Shown here: positions 29,601 to 44,112 of the stretch, piece after piece
Position numbering within the stretch: the first letter of the stretch is position 1
Layout: the number at the start of each line of letters is the position of its first letter
Origin: the human T2T-CHM13v2.0 reference genome, Homo sapiens
NCBI RefSeq assembly: GCF_009914755.1
Contig: NC_060927.1
Direction: 5' to 3' (one strand)
DNA length: 64,000 bases
Program-made: the position numbers and the translations under genes
Notes under the pieces: model-generated
What the model was told of the DNA's origin: nothing
What the model saw: the letters and a program-made list of their open reading frames with translations, nothing else
Databases searched by the model: none

Positions 29601-32600
29601 CTTAATCTGCATTATAAACTAAGTGGACCTAATAAATATTTACAGAACATTTTATCCAATGACTGCAGAGTACACATTTGTCTCCTCAGCACATGAATCA
29701 TTCTCAAAAATAGACCATATGTTAGGTCACAAAACAAGTCTTAAAACACTCAAAAGTTGAAATCATATCAAATATCTTCTCTGACCAAAATGGGACAAAA
29801 CTAGAAATCAATAATAAGAGGAATTTTGGAAAATATACCAACATATGAAAATTAAATAATATGCTCCTTAATGACCAGTGGGGCAATGAAGAAATTAATA
29901 AAAAATTGAAGAAATTCTTGAAATAAATGATAATGGAAACACAATATACCCAACTCTATGGGGTACAGCAAAAGTAGTAATAAGATAGAAATTTATAGCT
30001 ATAAGTGACTACATCAAAAAAGTAAACCTTCAAATAAATAACCTAATGATGCATTTCAATAGTCTAGAAAAGCAAGAGCAAACTCAACCCAAAATTAGAA
30101 GAAAAGAAATAATAAAGATCAGAGCAGAAACAAATGAATTTGAAATGAAAAAAAAAAAGATCAATGAAACAAAAAGTTGGTTTTTGAAATGATAAAGAAA
30201 ATTGACAAACCTTTAACCAGATTAAGAAAAAAAGAGAGAAGGCCCAAATAAATAAAATCAGAGATGAAAAAGGAGACTTTATAACTGATAACTACAGAAA
30301 TTCATAGAATCATTAGTGGCTACTATGAGCAATTGTATGCCAATAAATTGGAAAATCCAGAAGAAATGGATAAAATCCTGGATGCATACAACCTACCAAA
30401 ACTGAACCATGAAGAAATTCAAAACCTGAACAGAACAATAACAAATAATGAGATTGAAGCTGTAATAAAAAGTCTTCCAGCAAAGAAAAGCCAAGGACCC
30501 AGTGGCTTTACTGTTGAATTCTATCAAAAACTTAAAGAAGTAATACCAATGTATTCAAACTATTCTGAAAAACAGAGGAGGAGGGAATACTTCCAAACCC
30601 ATTCTCTGAGGCCAGTATTACCTTGGTACTAAAACCAAAGATGCATCAAAGAAAGAAAATTACAGGCCAATATCTCTAATGTATATTGTGGCAAAAATCT
30701 TCAACAAAACACTAGCAAACCAAATTCAGAAATACATTAAAAAGATATTTCATCATGACCAAGTGGGATTTATCCCAAGGATGAAAGGTTGATTCAACAT
30801 ATGCAAATCAATCAATGTGATATATCATGTCAACAGAATGAAGGACAAAAACCGTATGATTATTTCAATTGATTTCAAGAAAGCATTTAATAAAGTTTAA
30901 TATCTCTTCATAATAAAATCCTCAAAAAACTGTGTATAGAATAAACCTATCTCAACAGAATAAAAGCCATATATGACAGACACACAGCTAGTATCACACT
31001 GAATGGAAAAACTGAAAGCCTATCCTCTAGATCTGGAGTATGGCAAGGATGACCACTTTTACCACTGTTATTCAACATAGCACTGGAAGTCCTAGCTAGA
31101 GTAAGCAGACAAGAGGAAATGAGGAAGTCAAATTATGCTTGTTTTCAGACGATATAATCTTATATTTGAAAAAACCTAAAGACTCCACACAAAAAACGAT
31201 TAGAACTGATAAACAAATTCAGTAAAGTTACAGGATACAAAATCAACATACAAAAATCAGCAGAATTTTATGTGATAACAGTGAACAATCTGAAAATAAT
31301 CCCATTTACAATAGCCACACATAAAATTAAATACCTAGGAATCAACTTAGCCAAAGAAGTGAAAGATCTCTACAGTGAAAACTATGAAACACTGAAGAAA
31401 TGGAGGAGGCCACTAAAACATGGAAAAATATTCCATGTTCATTGATTAGAAGAATCAATATTGCTAAAATGTCCATACCACCCAAGGCAACATACAGATT
31501 CAATGCAACTCCTATCAAAATACCAATGACATCTTCAGAGAATTTTTTTAATCCTAAAATTTATACAGAGTCACAAAAAAACCAGAATAGCCAAAGCTAT
31601 CTTGAGCAAAAAGAACAAAACTGGAAGAATCTTACTATCTGACTTTAAATTATGCTACAGAACTATAGTAACCAAAATAGCATGGTGCTGGCATAAAGAA
31701 AGATACATAGGCCAATGGAACAAAGTAGAGAATCCAGAAGAAAAATTCACACACCTACAGTGAATTCATTTTCAACAAAGGTGTCAAGGACATACACTGG
31801 GGGAAAAGATAATCTCTTCGATAACTGGGGCTGGGAAAACTGGATATCCATATGTAGGAGAATGAAACTAGAGTACTATCTCTCACCTTATACAAAAATC
31901 AAATCAAAATGGATTAAAGATTTAAATCTGAGACCTCAAACTATGAAACTATTACAAGAAAGCACTGGGAAAACTCTCCAGGACGTTGGTCTGGGCAAAA
32001 ATTTCTTGAGTAATACCCCACGAGCACAGGCAACAAAAGCAAAATTTGACAGATGGCATCACAGCAAGTTAAAAAGCTTCTGTTTAGCAAAGGAAACAAT
32101 CAACAAAGTAAACTCATCAAACTACTCATCTGACAAGGAATTAATAACCAGAATATATAAAGAGCTCAAACAACTGTACAGGAAAAAAATCTGATAATTG
32201 GATTTAAAAATGGGCAAAAGATTTAAATAGATATTTCTCAAAAGAAGACATACAAATGGCAAACAGGCATATGAAAAGGTCCTCAATATCATTGATCATC
32301 ATAGAAATGAACATCAAAACTAAAATAAGATATCATTTCACCCTCATTAGAATATCTTTTATCCAAAAGACAGGCAATAACAAATGCTGGTGAGTATATG
32401 AAGAAAATGGAATACTGTTGGTGGGAATGTAAATTATAAAAGCACTATAAAGAAAAGTTAGGTGGTTCCTCAAAAAAACGAAAAACAGAGCTACCATGTG
32501 TTCCAGCAATCCCACTGCTGGGTATACACCCAAAATAAAGGAAATCAGTATGTCAAAAGAGATATTTGCACTCCCATGTTTATTGCAGCACTGTTCACAA

Positions 32601-33007
32601 TAGCTAAGATTTGGAAGCAACCTAAGTGTCCATCAACAGATGAATGGATAAAGAAAATGTGGTATATACACAATGGAATACTGTTCAGCCATAAAAAGAA
32701 TGAGATCCTGTCATTTGCAACAACATGGATTTACCTGGAGGTCATTATGTCAAGCGGAATAAGTCAGGCACAGAAAACAAACATCACATGTTCTCACTTA
32801 TTTGTGGGATCTAAAAATCAAAACAATAAAACATATGGAGATAGAGAGTAGAAGAATGGTTACCAGAGGCGGGGAAGAATAGTGGAGGAAGGGGGCTGGA
32901 AAGATGCTGGGATGGTTAATGGGTTTAAAAGTTAAAAAGAATAGTAAGATTTAGTATTTAGTAGCACGAGAGGGTGACTACGTCAATAATAATTTAATTG
33001 TATATTC

Positions 33008-33299
33008 TATTTTACTTTTTGAGACAGGGTCTTGCTCTGTTGCCCAGGCTAGAGTGCAGTGACATGATCACGGCTGCCATTTCAAGCTCCCAGGCTCAAG
33101 CCATCCTCCTACCTCAGTCTCCCAATTAGATGGGACCACAGGCATGTGCCACCATGCCCATCTAATTTTTGTATTTTTTTGTAGAGATGTGGTCTTGCTA
33201 TGTGGCCCAGCCTGGTCTTGAACTCCTGGGCTCAAATGATCTGCCTGCCTCAGCCTCCCAAAGTTCTGAGACTACAGGTGTGATAAACCACACCTAGCC
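33008..33299 (-). mobile_element. AluJ in the L1 3'UTR
   Basis: 'gagacagggtcttg', 'ctcctgggctcaa'; degenerate TSD taattgtatatt / taactgtacatt. Confidence 0.9.
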
Positions 33300-33462
33300 T
33301 AACTGTACATTTAAAAAAGCAACTAAAAGTCTTGAGGGGATGGATACCCAATTTTCCATGATGTGATTATTATGCATTGCATGCCTGTAACAAAATATCT
33401 CAAGTACCTTGTAAGTATACACACCTACTATGTACCCACAAAATTTTAAGAAATATTAAAAA

Positions 33463-34869
33463 TTTTTTGGCTTCGATTTTCTGAAATTTGTATAAGACTA
33501 ACAAATGCATTTTTGTCTTTGTTCCTTTGTTCATTTGCATTTATCCTATTTGGTGTTCTCTGCGCTTCCTGGATCTGTAGTTTGTTGTCTGACATTAATT
33601 TGAGGAAATTCTCAGTAATTATTTCATCTCCTTCTTGTATTCCCGTTACACATAGGCTACGTCTTTTGTAGTTGTTCCACTGTTCTTGGATATTCTGTTC
33701 TAGTTTTTTTTTCCCCCAGTCTTTTTTCTCCATGGATATTGTTTCGGGTTCTTTTTTCAGTCTTTTTTTTTCCCCCAATTTTTGAGTTTCTATTGTTGTA
33801 TCCTCAAGTTCTGAATAGTTTTTCCTTAGCCATGCCCAGTTAACTAATGTAATCATGAAAATAATTAATTTCTATTCATGCTTTTTCTTTTGCTCTCAAG
33901 CATTTTTTTATTCTTAGAATTTTCATCTAATTACATTATTCATCTGTTCTTGTATGATGTCCACCTCTTCCATCAAAGCCCTTAGTATACTAATCATAGT
34001 TTAAAAAATATATGGACGAATAATTCTAACATTCCTGTCAGATCTGACTGTGGTTTTGATGCTTGTTTAGTCTCTCTGAAGTGTGTACTTTTGCCTTGTA
34101 GTATGCTTTATATATTTTCATTGAAAGGTAGACATGATATACTAGGTGAAAGGAATGGGCATAAATAGGCCTTTAGTGATGTAGTGGTGGGACATTTGTT
34201 GGAGGGGAAATGTTCTATTGTCCTATCATTAGGTCTCACTCTTTTGGTGAGCTTGTCTCTGGACCATGAACTTCACCAGTACTTCTCGGTTTTTTCCCAC
34301 CTTAGAGGGGACAGGAGTTTCATCTTTTCCTTCCCCTTCCTCAGGTTATACTCTGATAAAACCTCAGCAAGTGTGGCTCTGGTAACATTAGTTCTCCTAA
34401 GGGCAGCTCTTCTTAAGAACAGACTGTTGTGGCATATCTCAAAATTGTTACTTTTCCCTTCTTGCCAAACCATGAGGATACTTTTCTTCAATATTTACTG
34501 TGAGAACCTGGTGGAGCTCCTAGGAGTAAAACTCACAGAAATGTGGGGCCCCTGAAGTCTTTCTCTGTCAGACTTGTCCGCACCAAGCTTCCAGTAATGC
34601 ATCAATTACGGCTTAAGTTTTTCTACACCAGCACTGGTTCCTGTGGCGGTTTCTGCTCAGGGGTTTCTGCTTTGGTGTGTTGTGATTCTCTACATCTGCC
34701 TCTCTCTCTCCCCAATTCTGAGAGCAGCAATCTGCCCTGTGACCTCACTTCTCTGATTGGTCTAAGAAGAGTTGCTGATTTTTTCAGTTTGTTTAGGTTT
34801 TCGTTGTTGTCGGGACAAAGTAGCAACTTTTAAGTTCTTTACATGTTGGACTAGAAGTTGGAAGTCCCT
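33463..34869 (-). mobile_element. 5' part (ORF1 and 5'UTR) of the old L1 that begins at 22310
   Basis: ORF 33446-33856 'ENFLKLMSDNKLQIQEAQRTPNRIN' is ORF1p-like; sequence continues from 26040 across the inserted L1; 5' end 'ggaagtccc'. Confidence 0.85.
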
Positions 34870-35859
34870 GGTGAAATTTCTTAGAAATACATTTTTAATA
34901 AGGGCTGAGCCACAAAATTCAAGGTTATATGGCCAAAGTGGTACTTCATTGGCAGTATCTGTACTCCTAAATACTCATTTATTCAACATATATCTATTGA
35001 GTCCCCACTGAGTTGTGTACTGAGGCTCTGCAATTGCTGGAGTTACTGGGCATATGGCAGAGAACCAGATACGATCATCAAACTCAAGGAGTTAGAGGGA
35101 GGCAAAATAGAAGAAAACATGTAATTTCTATTTGAAAAAGAGCAAGTCATTCCAAACCTGATCTGATCAAGAATATATCTAGAATAATGTAACTCATGAC
35201 ATTCTTTTGAGGACTGATTAATGCTTAAATAATTTCCTTATAAATTTTAATTGATAAAAATTTGTTCTGGGAAAGTAAGTGATTTGCCACCCGGATGACT
35301 GTCCGTTAAGAGCAAGGTGATCTTTAAACAAATATTCTTTTCTTTTTGTATCTGCTTCAACAATAATTATCTAACCATTCTTGGTAACAATACAATTTCT
35401 TAACAAGAAAGAATCTTTATTGCCCTACTCTGTCAAGACCTTGTTTTCCTGGAAGCAAAGTTATAATGAAATTTTGACATATGCTCATAACAAAATTGGC
35501 TGAAAGCCCTTTTTTAACATTGCAATGGAAATTACTGAGTTGTGATAAAAGTTAGTAAAATGATATGGGGAGTACTTGAGTTTCAGAAGTATGGTGGGTA
35601 GGTGTGGAGGTGGGGAGGTATTCCTCTAGAAGTGACATCTAAGCTGAGTAGAATGAGTAGAAGAAAGGGCAGTGAGGGATGAGGTGGGAGGAGTCTGAAG
35701 AAATAGGGAGTGGCAAAGAAAAACCACCTACAAGAGGAAAGGCAATACATGTGTAGCAGGCCTGTGGCGAACTTTCCCAGGTCCCCTGGAGCCTGAAATC
35801 TTCCTTGTTCTTCAGCAGTGCACTTCCACCTGCCTGCATCTGCCTCTCTACTGGAGGGC

Positions 35860-36195
35860 TTTCCCCAGGTGGCAGAGGCCACTTTCCTTCTCCTGTGAAA
35901 TGCTGGTAAAATGCATGAGAGAAATGACACCCTAAGAATAGCCCTCAACCCCTGCCTGGTATAGTTGATTTGTAAATGCCCAGGTCCTTTTCCCCACATG
36001 TGGGAAAATTCTGAGTGAGTTTTATGTTTCCCACTGTTTCCCTACAGGATTTAGGGCCAGCCACCCACTGTGAGTTCTGACTTTCTCTTCCTATGTCACG
36101 TCACCACTTCCTACCAGTGTTTTCCGTGCTTCCCAAATAAAGTACTTGCACTCCAGTCCTTCACAGGGTCTGCTCTGGGGAGCCCAGGCTGAGCA
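35860..36195 (+). mobile_element. LTR16-like ERVL LTR
   Basis: End 'cccaaataaaagtacttgcactccagtcct...gtctgctctggggagccca'. Confidence 0.55.
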
Positions 36196-36289
36196 GCCTA
36201 CTGGGGGGATCGCAAGCAGCTAAGTAACAGAGTGAACCTGTAGTGTGCAAAGAGGGAAAAAGTTAGGTTGGGCCAGAATATGCAGGGCC

Positions 36290-36470
36290 CTGATTTGCCA
36301 GATTTAGCACATAAAAATACAGAATGCCCAGTTAATTTATTTTCAGATAAAAAAATAAATTTTTAATATATGTGTCCCATGTAATACTTGGGATATACTT
36401 ATACTAAAAAAAAATCCTTATTTATCTACAATTTAAATTTAACTGCATGTCCTGTATTTTATTTGTGTCA
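36290..36470. mobile_element. MER53 (hAT MITE)
   Basis: 'ttgccagatttagcacataaaaatacagaatgcccagttaa' with the inverted end 'tttaactgcatgtcctgtattttatttg'. Confidence 0.8.
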
Positions 36471-37210
36471 AATAAAATACAAGACATGCATTTTATTTTT
36501 ATTTTTATTTCTAGGACTTACTTTTTTTTTTATTTCTAGCTCTTATTTTAAGAGACCTCGAAAGAATATGGGGCTTTATCTGTAGGACAGTTTGGCTCCA
36601 GGATGAAACATAGATTTGAGCAAGGTAGAGAGACCCATGAGGAGGTGTTACCATTGCCCAGAGGCAAGGCCTGGGCCTGGGGCAGGCAGGAGGATGGGAG
36701 AAGTGGATGGAAGGGATAAAGGCATTTGGAAAGCTATCTGCAGCTCTCAGACTAGCTGCCAAGGCAACAGAACTATCTCATTGGATAGAATGGTAGGAGG
36801 CTGCCAGAAATGAGTTCAAGATGTCCTGAAAATGCAAGATGGTTTAAAGACACCAAATCTAGCAGTGAAGGTCCTCCCTTTCCCCATCTCCACAATGCGC
36901 TCACGGTCATGGAGTGAAGCACACTTTCTTAGGCCCAAACATCTAGCACCCTGAATCAGGCTGCAGGACTGGCTTTGAATCTGAATACTCCTCCCGAGCT
37001 GCTCTGGTGTCTTGTGTTACAATGAGCTCAGCTCAGCCTTGTCCCCACATGGGCCCCTCACCAAAGCCTCTGAAAGGGCAGACATGGTGTTTGATGAATT
37101 ACCAGCTGTGCATGGCAAGGGGCACTAGGAAAAGCAAATTCTCTTGTAGTTCACTTTTTGTCTTCCTTTTCTTTTCGCCTGAGATGGACTTTGCCCTATT
37201 AGTCTCCATC

Positions 37211-37275
37211 TATGATATGTTAGAGTTCTTTAGAGGGACAAAATGGAATATATATATATATATACACACATACAT

Positions 37276-37320
<45 letters not shown>

Positions 37321-37694
37321 CATGAGTTTATTAAGTATTAACTCATACAATCACAAGGTCCCATAATAGGGCATCTGCAGGCTGAGGAGCAAGGAGAACC
37401 AGCCTGAATTCCAAAACTGAAGAACGCAGAATCTGATGTTTGAAGTATCCGGCATGGGAGGAAGATGTAGGCTGGGAGGCTAGGCCAGTCTAACCTTTTC
37501 ACATTTTTCTGTCTGCTTTATATTTGCTGGCAGTTGATTAGACAGTAACCATCCAGATTAAGGGTGAGTCTGCCTTCCCCAGCCCACTGACTCAAATGTT
37601 AATCTCCTTTGGCAACACTTTCACAGATACACCCAGGATTAATACTTTGCATCCTTCAATCTAATCAAGTTGACACTCAGTATTAACCATCACA
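37211..37694 (-). mobile_element. MLT2A1-like LTR (3' LTR of HERV-L) with internal (TA)n(CA)n repeat
   Basis: 'aagttgacactcagtattaaccatcaca' terminus, 'gatgtaggctgggaggctaggccagtct'; TATAAA and AATAAA on the minus strand; PPT-like sequence adjacent. Confidence 0.93.
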
Positions 37695-40600
37695 AGCCTA
37701 CCCCTTGTCAACTTGAATCCATACACATCTTCTGAGATCATACATAATCTTCAAATAAAGACAACTATAATGTCATAATTATGCCTAACATAATACAACT
37801 ATCCCTTGTACAACCAGAAACGCACCAATCCCCAACCCAAATACTATTACATAAAGTTAACAATACTTAAATGCTGATATGAAGTCAATAAATCTTATTG
37901 TCACATGATAAAGGAAAAAGGAAATAAAATGAAGATATTTTCTTAGTGCAAGTATATACATGCACAAACATGTTTTTAACAAAAGAGGAAGTACTCATGA
38001 CAATTACAGTCCCTGTTCCTGCAGCTAGTCATGTGGTTGTAGCTGGTATTGATGACTACCTTCTTCTACTACCCATTCTGTATTTCCTTTGCCTTCAGCA
38101 AGCACCTCAGCAGGTCCTGTTTTTTTTCCTGGTGGAATGATCCAAACCTTTATTCCTGAAGGGTCTGGGCTATGTGTAGTCCTGCCTGGATTGGGCTGTT
38201 GTAGTTTCCCATTTACTTTAATCACAGGGCATGGTAATACTAAGAGATGCCCTAATGGATCTCCTGTATTCCATGCATACTCTTCCTTACCTCCGTTGTG
38301 GAGTAGTGGACTGATTTCATCTTGTTAGTCTGGGTCAATCACCCCAGCGAACACTAACTCCCTTTTTAGCCTGTTAACTTAAAGGTAGGAGGAACCGAAA
38401 GTGTCCAGGTGGCAATCTTAACTTCCAGCTTAATGGAATCATTGTTCTGTCTCCTGGTGGCAGCGTTCCTCCCTCTAGAACTAAGACCTCTATGCCAGCA
38501 GAACGTAATGTCATGGGAACAGTAAGCAAAAATTTTGCTAGTGGATCACTTCCACTTCCACCTCTTGATTCTTGGACCTGTGAATTCTGGCTACGGGAGA
38601 AACAGTACCATATATTGGATGCTGATTCAGAGCATACATGGCCTTCTGGAGAACTTTGCCCCAGACTTGCAAAGTATTGTCACTTAGTTGGCACTGTAAT
38701 TGTGACTTCAAAAGGCTATTCCACCATTCTATCAATCCAGCTGCTGCAGGATGATGGGGAACATGGTAAGACCAGTGATTTACATGAGCATGAACTCACT
38801 GCCACACTTCTTTAGCTGTAAAGTGGGGGCCTTGGTCAGAGGCAATGTTATATGGAATACTGTGACGGTGGATAAGGCATTCATGAGTCCACAGATGGTA
38901 CTCTTGGCAGAATCACTGCCTGCAGGATAGGCAAACCCATATCTGAAGTAAGTGTCTATTCTAGTGGGGACAACCCTTTGCCCTTTCTGTGATGGAAGAG
39001 GTCTAATATAATCAACCTGCCACCGGGTAGCTGGCTGATCACCCCAGGGAATGGTGCCATATCGAGGGCTCAGTGTTGGTCTCTGCTGCTGGCAAATTGG
39101 GCACTGAGAAGTGGCTGTAGCCAGGTCAGGCTTGGTGAGTGGAAGTCCATGTTGCCGAGCCCATGAGTATCCTCCATCCCTGCTACCATGGCCACTTTGC
39201 TCAGGGGCTCATTGGGTGATGATGGGGGTGGCTGGGGAAAGAGGCTGAGTGGTGTCCACAGAATGGGTCATCCTATACACTTGATTATTAAAATCCTCCT
39301 CTGTGAGGTCACCTGTTGGTGCGCCCTCACATGGAATACAAATATCTTCACAGTTTTTGACCACTCAGAGAGGTCCATCCACATACCTGTTCCCCAAATT
39401 TCTTTGTCCCCAATTTTCCACTCATGCTTCTTTCAAGTCCCTGACCATCTGGCCAAACCATTGGCTATAGCCCATGAGTCAGTACATAATCACACATCTG
39501 GCCATTTCTCCTTCCATGCAAAGTGCACAACCACATGCACTGCTCAAAGTTCTGCCCACTGGGAAGATTTCCCTTCCCTGCTGTCCTTCATGAATGTCCT
39601 AGAAAGAGGCTGTAGTGCTGCAGCTGTCCACTTTCGGGTGGTGCCTGCATATCATGCAGAACCATCTGTGAACCAGCCCCTAGTCCTATGTTCCTCTGTT
39701 GACCGGTCATAGGGAACTCTCCATGAGGCCACTGGTGCAGGCTGAGGGAGAGAAGGCAGGGTAGAAGGAGTGGAGACATGGGCATTTGAACCACTTCCTC
39801 ATGTAAGTTACTTGTGCCTGCAGGACCTGCTCGAGCCTGATCATGTATATACCACTTCCACTTGATGATGGAATGCTGCTGTGCATAACCCACTTTATGG
39901 CTAGATGGGTCAGAAAGCACCCAGTTCATGATAGGCAGTTCAGGTCGCATGGTGACTTGATGACCCATATTCAAACATTCAGTTTCCACCAAAGCCCAGT
40001 AACAGGCCAAGATCTGTCTCTCAAAAGGAGAGTAGTTATCTGCAGAAGATGGCAGAGCCTTGCTCCAAAATCCTAGAGGCTTCTGCTATGATTCACCTAT
40101 GAGGGCCTGCCAAAGACTCCAAACAGGATCCCTATCTGCCACTCACACTTCAAGCATCACTGGATTTGCTGGGTCATATGGCCCAAGTGGCAGAGCAGCT
40201 TGCACAGCAGCCTGGACCTGTTGCAGAGCCTTCTGTTGTTCTGGACCCCACTCAAAACTGGCAGCCTTTTGGGTCAGTTGATAAATGGGCTGGAATAACA
40301 CACCCAAATGAGGAATGTGTTGCCTCCAATATCCAAATAGGCCCACTAGTTGTTGTGCCTCTTTCTTGGTTATAGGAGGGGCCAAATGCAGCAACTTATC
40401 TTTCACCTCAGAAGGAACATCTCTGCAGGCCCCACACCACTGGACCCCTAGAAATTTTACTGAGGTAGAAAGTCCCTGAATTTTAGTTGGATTTATTTCC
40501 CATCCTCTGGCACACAAATGTCTCACCAATAAGTCCAATGTATTTGCTACTTCTTGCTCACTGGATCTAATCAGCATAATGTCATCAATGTAATGGACCA

Positions 40601-41250
40601 GTGTGATATCCTGCAGAAGTGAAAAGTGCTCAAGGTCTCTCCGAATAAGATTATGACACAAAAAGAGTTGATATACACCTGAGGCAGGACAGTAAAGGTA
40701 TATTGCTGGCCTTGCCAGCTGAAGGCACATTGCTTATGCTTATGGACAGGAATGGAGAAAAAGGCATTTGCTAAGTCAATGGCTGCCTACCAGCTACCAG
40801 GAGATATGTAAATTTGCCCAAGCAATGAAACCATATCTGGTACAGCAGCTGCAATTGGAGTCACCACTTGGTTAAGCTTATGATAAATCCACTATCATTC
40901 TCCAAGATCCATTTGTTTTTTGCACAGGCCAAATGGCAGAGTTGAATGGGGATGTGGTGTGAATCACCACCCCTGAGTCTTTCAAGTCCTTAAAGGTGGC
41001 GCTAATCTCCGCAATCCCTTATGGATGCGATATTGTATTTGACGTACTATTTTTCTAGGTAGAGGCAGCCCCAATGGCTTCCATTTGGCCTCTCCCACCA
41101 TAGTAGCCCTAACTCTACCAGTCAGCCAATGTGGGGCTTCTGCCAGCTGCTAAATATGTCTATGTCAATTACGCATTCTGGCACCGGGGATATGACCATA
41201 GGATGTGTCCAGGTACCTGCTGGACCCACTGTAAGTCGGACCTGAGCCAA
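37695..41250 (-). mobile_element. HERV-L internal region, 5'-truncated: partial protease, RT, RNase H, integrase, dUTPase-like region; no env
   Basis: RT motif [11 protein letters not shown]; 'VKFLGVQW'; '[11 protein letters not shown]'; integrase-like 'IEWWNSLLKSQL...YALNQHPIYG'; disrupted frames; gag and 5' LTR missing. Confidence 0.95.
40143..40730 (-). pseudogene. pol: HERV-L pol reverse transcriptase fragment (longest open stretch)
   Basis: YIDD catalytic motif; frameshift upstream, so the N-terminal residues are out of frame. Confidence 0.88.
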
Positions 41251-43469
41251 ATTCCTCAGAGCGATATCACCAAAAATCCATTCTCATCATGGAGATGAAA
41301 TAGAAAGCATGTTTGGTATCACACGGCCTTCTCTCTATGAAGAGCTCTTCAGTTTCATTTCAACTTTCATGAAGGAAATTCTATACCTGTGGGAATCCAC
41401 TTCAAAAACAACAGACTAAAAAAGAAAGAAGAAAAATGAAATCCATTATACCAATGGTAGCTTCTCTCTTCTGTTTTGCTCTGTTTCTTCAATTTGTAAA
41501 ATTCATGCCAAAGACCATTAGGGAACATAATTTGAATTGCTTCATTCCAAAGTTAAAGGGTTGAGAGAAAAAAAAAAGAGAAAAACTGCCGCAAAATGGA
41601 AACAGGCCTTCTTTCATTTTCTAACACATGAAATTGACTCTCACTTTCATTTCTGAAGTTGTATTAAGCTTTTTCCTCAAATTAAATTATAAATACTTGT
41701 ATCTGACGCTAAAAAGGAACATGCACGAGTGGTTATCTAGAAATGCCATGTTTCCTGCCCACATTCACATACACACACAGGCACAGTGGTGTGTTTGGCT
41801 GTGAAAGCCATGCTTTGGACCACACATCCAGCACCGTTGCAGTGGTCAAGTGGGCACCCCAGGGTCTATGAGTCTACTCTGTGCCAAGGATCATTTTGGT
41901 TATTTACATATAGTAAATAACCAACTTTCAAATGTGGGAGGACAGAACAATGGTACAGACTTCTGGCCACAGAAGCTTTGGGATCTACTCCCTGTATTTA
42001 AATGCTTCTTTCTGTGACTGTTTCCCATACCAATGTTGCATACCAAGTATGAGTACCTAGGAGTACTCTTCTTCTCACCCTTGCTCTTACTGAATATATA
42101 AAAATTGGACTGACCTAAAATGTTAATGCTGAAAAGCTGAGGTGGCCCTCACTGACAGCCAGCAGCCTTTGTGTGTTGGTATTGGTAAGTTGGCCAGAAC
42201 TGGCATCTATAGTCATAATTCCTATAATCGTATACTCTATACACTCAATATTTTCCTCAAGCAATTCATTATATTTCAGCTGCCTGTGGGCTCTGCACAC
42301 TGCTAAGATGTCAAATATCACCAGAAAACTTATGAATATTATAATGAACAGCCAGATGCCATCTGAACCAGTCTCACCTGATGAGGAAAGTTCTATACTT
42401 CTATCTCTAAAGAGTGTCAACCACCCCTTCTTCAATGCTATAGTGTCAGGAATTTTGCTGCTTTGTGAAAGAAACTACTATGTTGTTACATGGCTCTGAA
42501 CAAGGATGTTTCTATTTGTTTCTTTTGTTTTCTACACTGAGCTAAAATCTGTCCTATAACATCTAGGCTCTCCTCTCGTTCCACCATCCTGGATAGAATC
42601 CAATAAGTGAGTCTGCTGATGAAAACTTGCGCAGAGAAAGTAGTTCTCAAAGTGTGCCTCTCAGAGGGTACACCACCTCTCCCTAAAGTCATCTCTCTCC
42701 TCTCTCTGGATACAGCATCCCCATCTGCTCTTCACATTGAGATCCTATGTGAGATTTCATTTTCAGAATGGGCTCTTGTGTTCCATTCAAAGAGACCCCT
42801 GCCTAATCCCATAAGGCACACAGAGACTGTCCCACCCTGGGCAACCTGTGGACACATGCTGTGAGTGCTCACTCTTCAGGAAGACTGATGTGGTAAGCTT
42901 AACCTGGTCTATTCCCACAAGCTAACTTACATAAATTAAATCAAGAGAAAGAGAACAAAAGCGTAAGATGCTTTATAGCTTCCTTTTTGTTGGGTAATTG
43001 ACCTTCCATGCGTGTGACTTTGTAAATCTGACAGAGAGTAAAGGAAGCTGGCCTGTCATTGCCCAAGATGAGAACAGGAAAGTAGGGCATGAAGTCCTCA
43101 TTTTCAGTTATCCATTTTGCTTATAAAGAGACAGCTCACCTCAAGGGGAAAGAAAAAGTGACCAGGTTGTGTTGCAGAGTCTGACCATGGATGACTCTCT
43201 TTGAGTATCTCCTTCCTAAGAAGGGTTTTTGTTCATTCTTGAAATACATAAAGTAAGATCTCACCTGTCAGGGCTGAGAAACCAGTACAGGTAATATCTG
43301 TTACCTCAGTTTTTCTTGAGTAGAAAATGAAGCAACTTTATTCAGAAACTTGACTAATAACTATCTCTTGGCATTTTGAATGTTTTATTCACTACTGTAT
43401 AAAAAGAATCTATTCATTTAGTTAAGGCCTGGAAGAAAATAAAGTCTTCTATTCTGCTAATATATTCTA

Positions 43470-43588
43470 GAAGAAGGAGAAGAAGAAAAAGCATGAGAAG
43501 AGGAGAAGTAGGGGGAAGAAGAGAAGGAAAAAGATGGAGAAAGCAGACAGGGAAGGCGAGGGACAGGGGATTGGAAAAGAAGGGAAAA
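43470..43588. repeat. GA-rich low-complexity tract
   Basis: Seen directly. Confidence 0.8.
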
Positions 43589-44112
43589 TTTCCAGCTCTT
43601 TGGATCTGACGGCTAAACCACTTCAGTTGCCTATTAGGGGTGAGTGGTCTGTTTGACTGTAGCCCTGCCTAGATAATGAGCAAATAACAATATTACTCAT
43701 ATCTACCCTTCGTGTCTCATGATGTCTGCTACATTCTGGGGCTTCACTATCCTTGGGATGGGTCCCTCTAGGCTTTGTAGCCTTCCACTGTGGGATTTCT
43801 TAGAGGGTCTCAGTGAGGAAGTAAGCCAGGGCCTGATCTCTATGTGTCCTCAGCCAGACCTCAAAGCTGGATCTCACTTCTTTTTCTTGACCCTTTAGCT
43901 AAACTCAATCTCTTGGCACCACTTGGCTCAGAATCTAATATGGTGCCCCCTAGTATTATTAAGAACTACACTAATCAGCCTGGCTCCTCTTGGGCCAGAA
44001 CTCCCTGCATCTCCCTGGTATAATAAAAATAAATGCTGCTCCTCTGTGCCTGGGTTCAGATTTGCTGACATGACTGCCAGCCCTTCTAAGCCAGGAGTTC
44101 AAGACACACAGT

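Larger units (their letters stand above)
34970..36840 (-). mobile_element. Scattered L2 fragments interleaved with younger insertions
   Basis: 'ctcatttattcaacatatatctattgagt', 'gaagtgacatctaagctgag', 'ggagaagtggatgga'. Confidence 0.5.

Noticed and set aside
35862-35878. CTCF-like CCCCAGGTGGCAG
   Set aside because: Mismatches in the 5' core and located at an LTR edge; not supportable from sequence alone.
41387-41415. 29-nt minus-strand microexon
   Set aside because: The donor CAG|GTATAG is weak and the length is not a multiple of 3; only the acceptor is kept as part of a hypothesis.
42115-42499. Overlapping antisense hydrophobic ORFs (106 and 108 aa) resembling small membrane proteins
   Set aside because: Non-ATG starts, no recognisable homology or gene context; AT-rich DNA readily gives I/L/F-rich frames.
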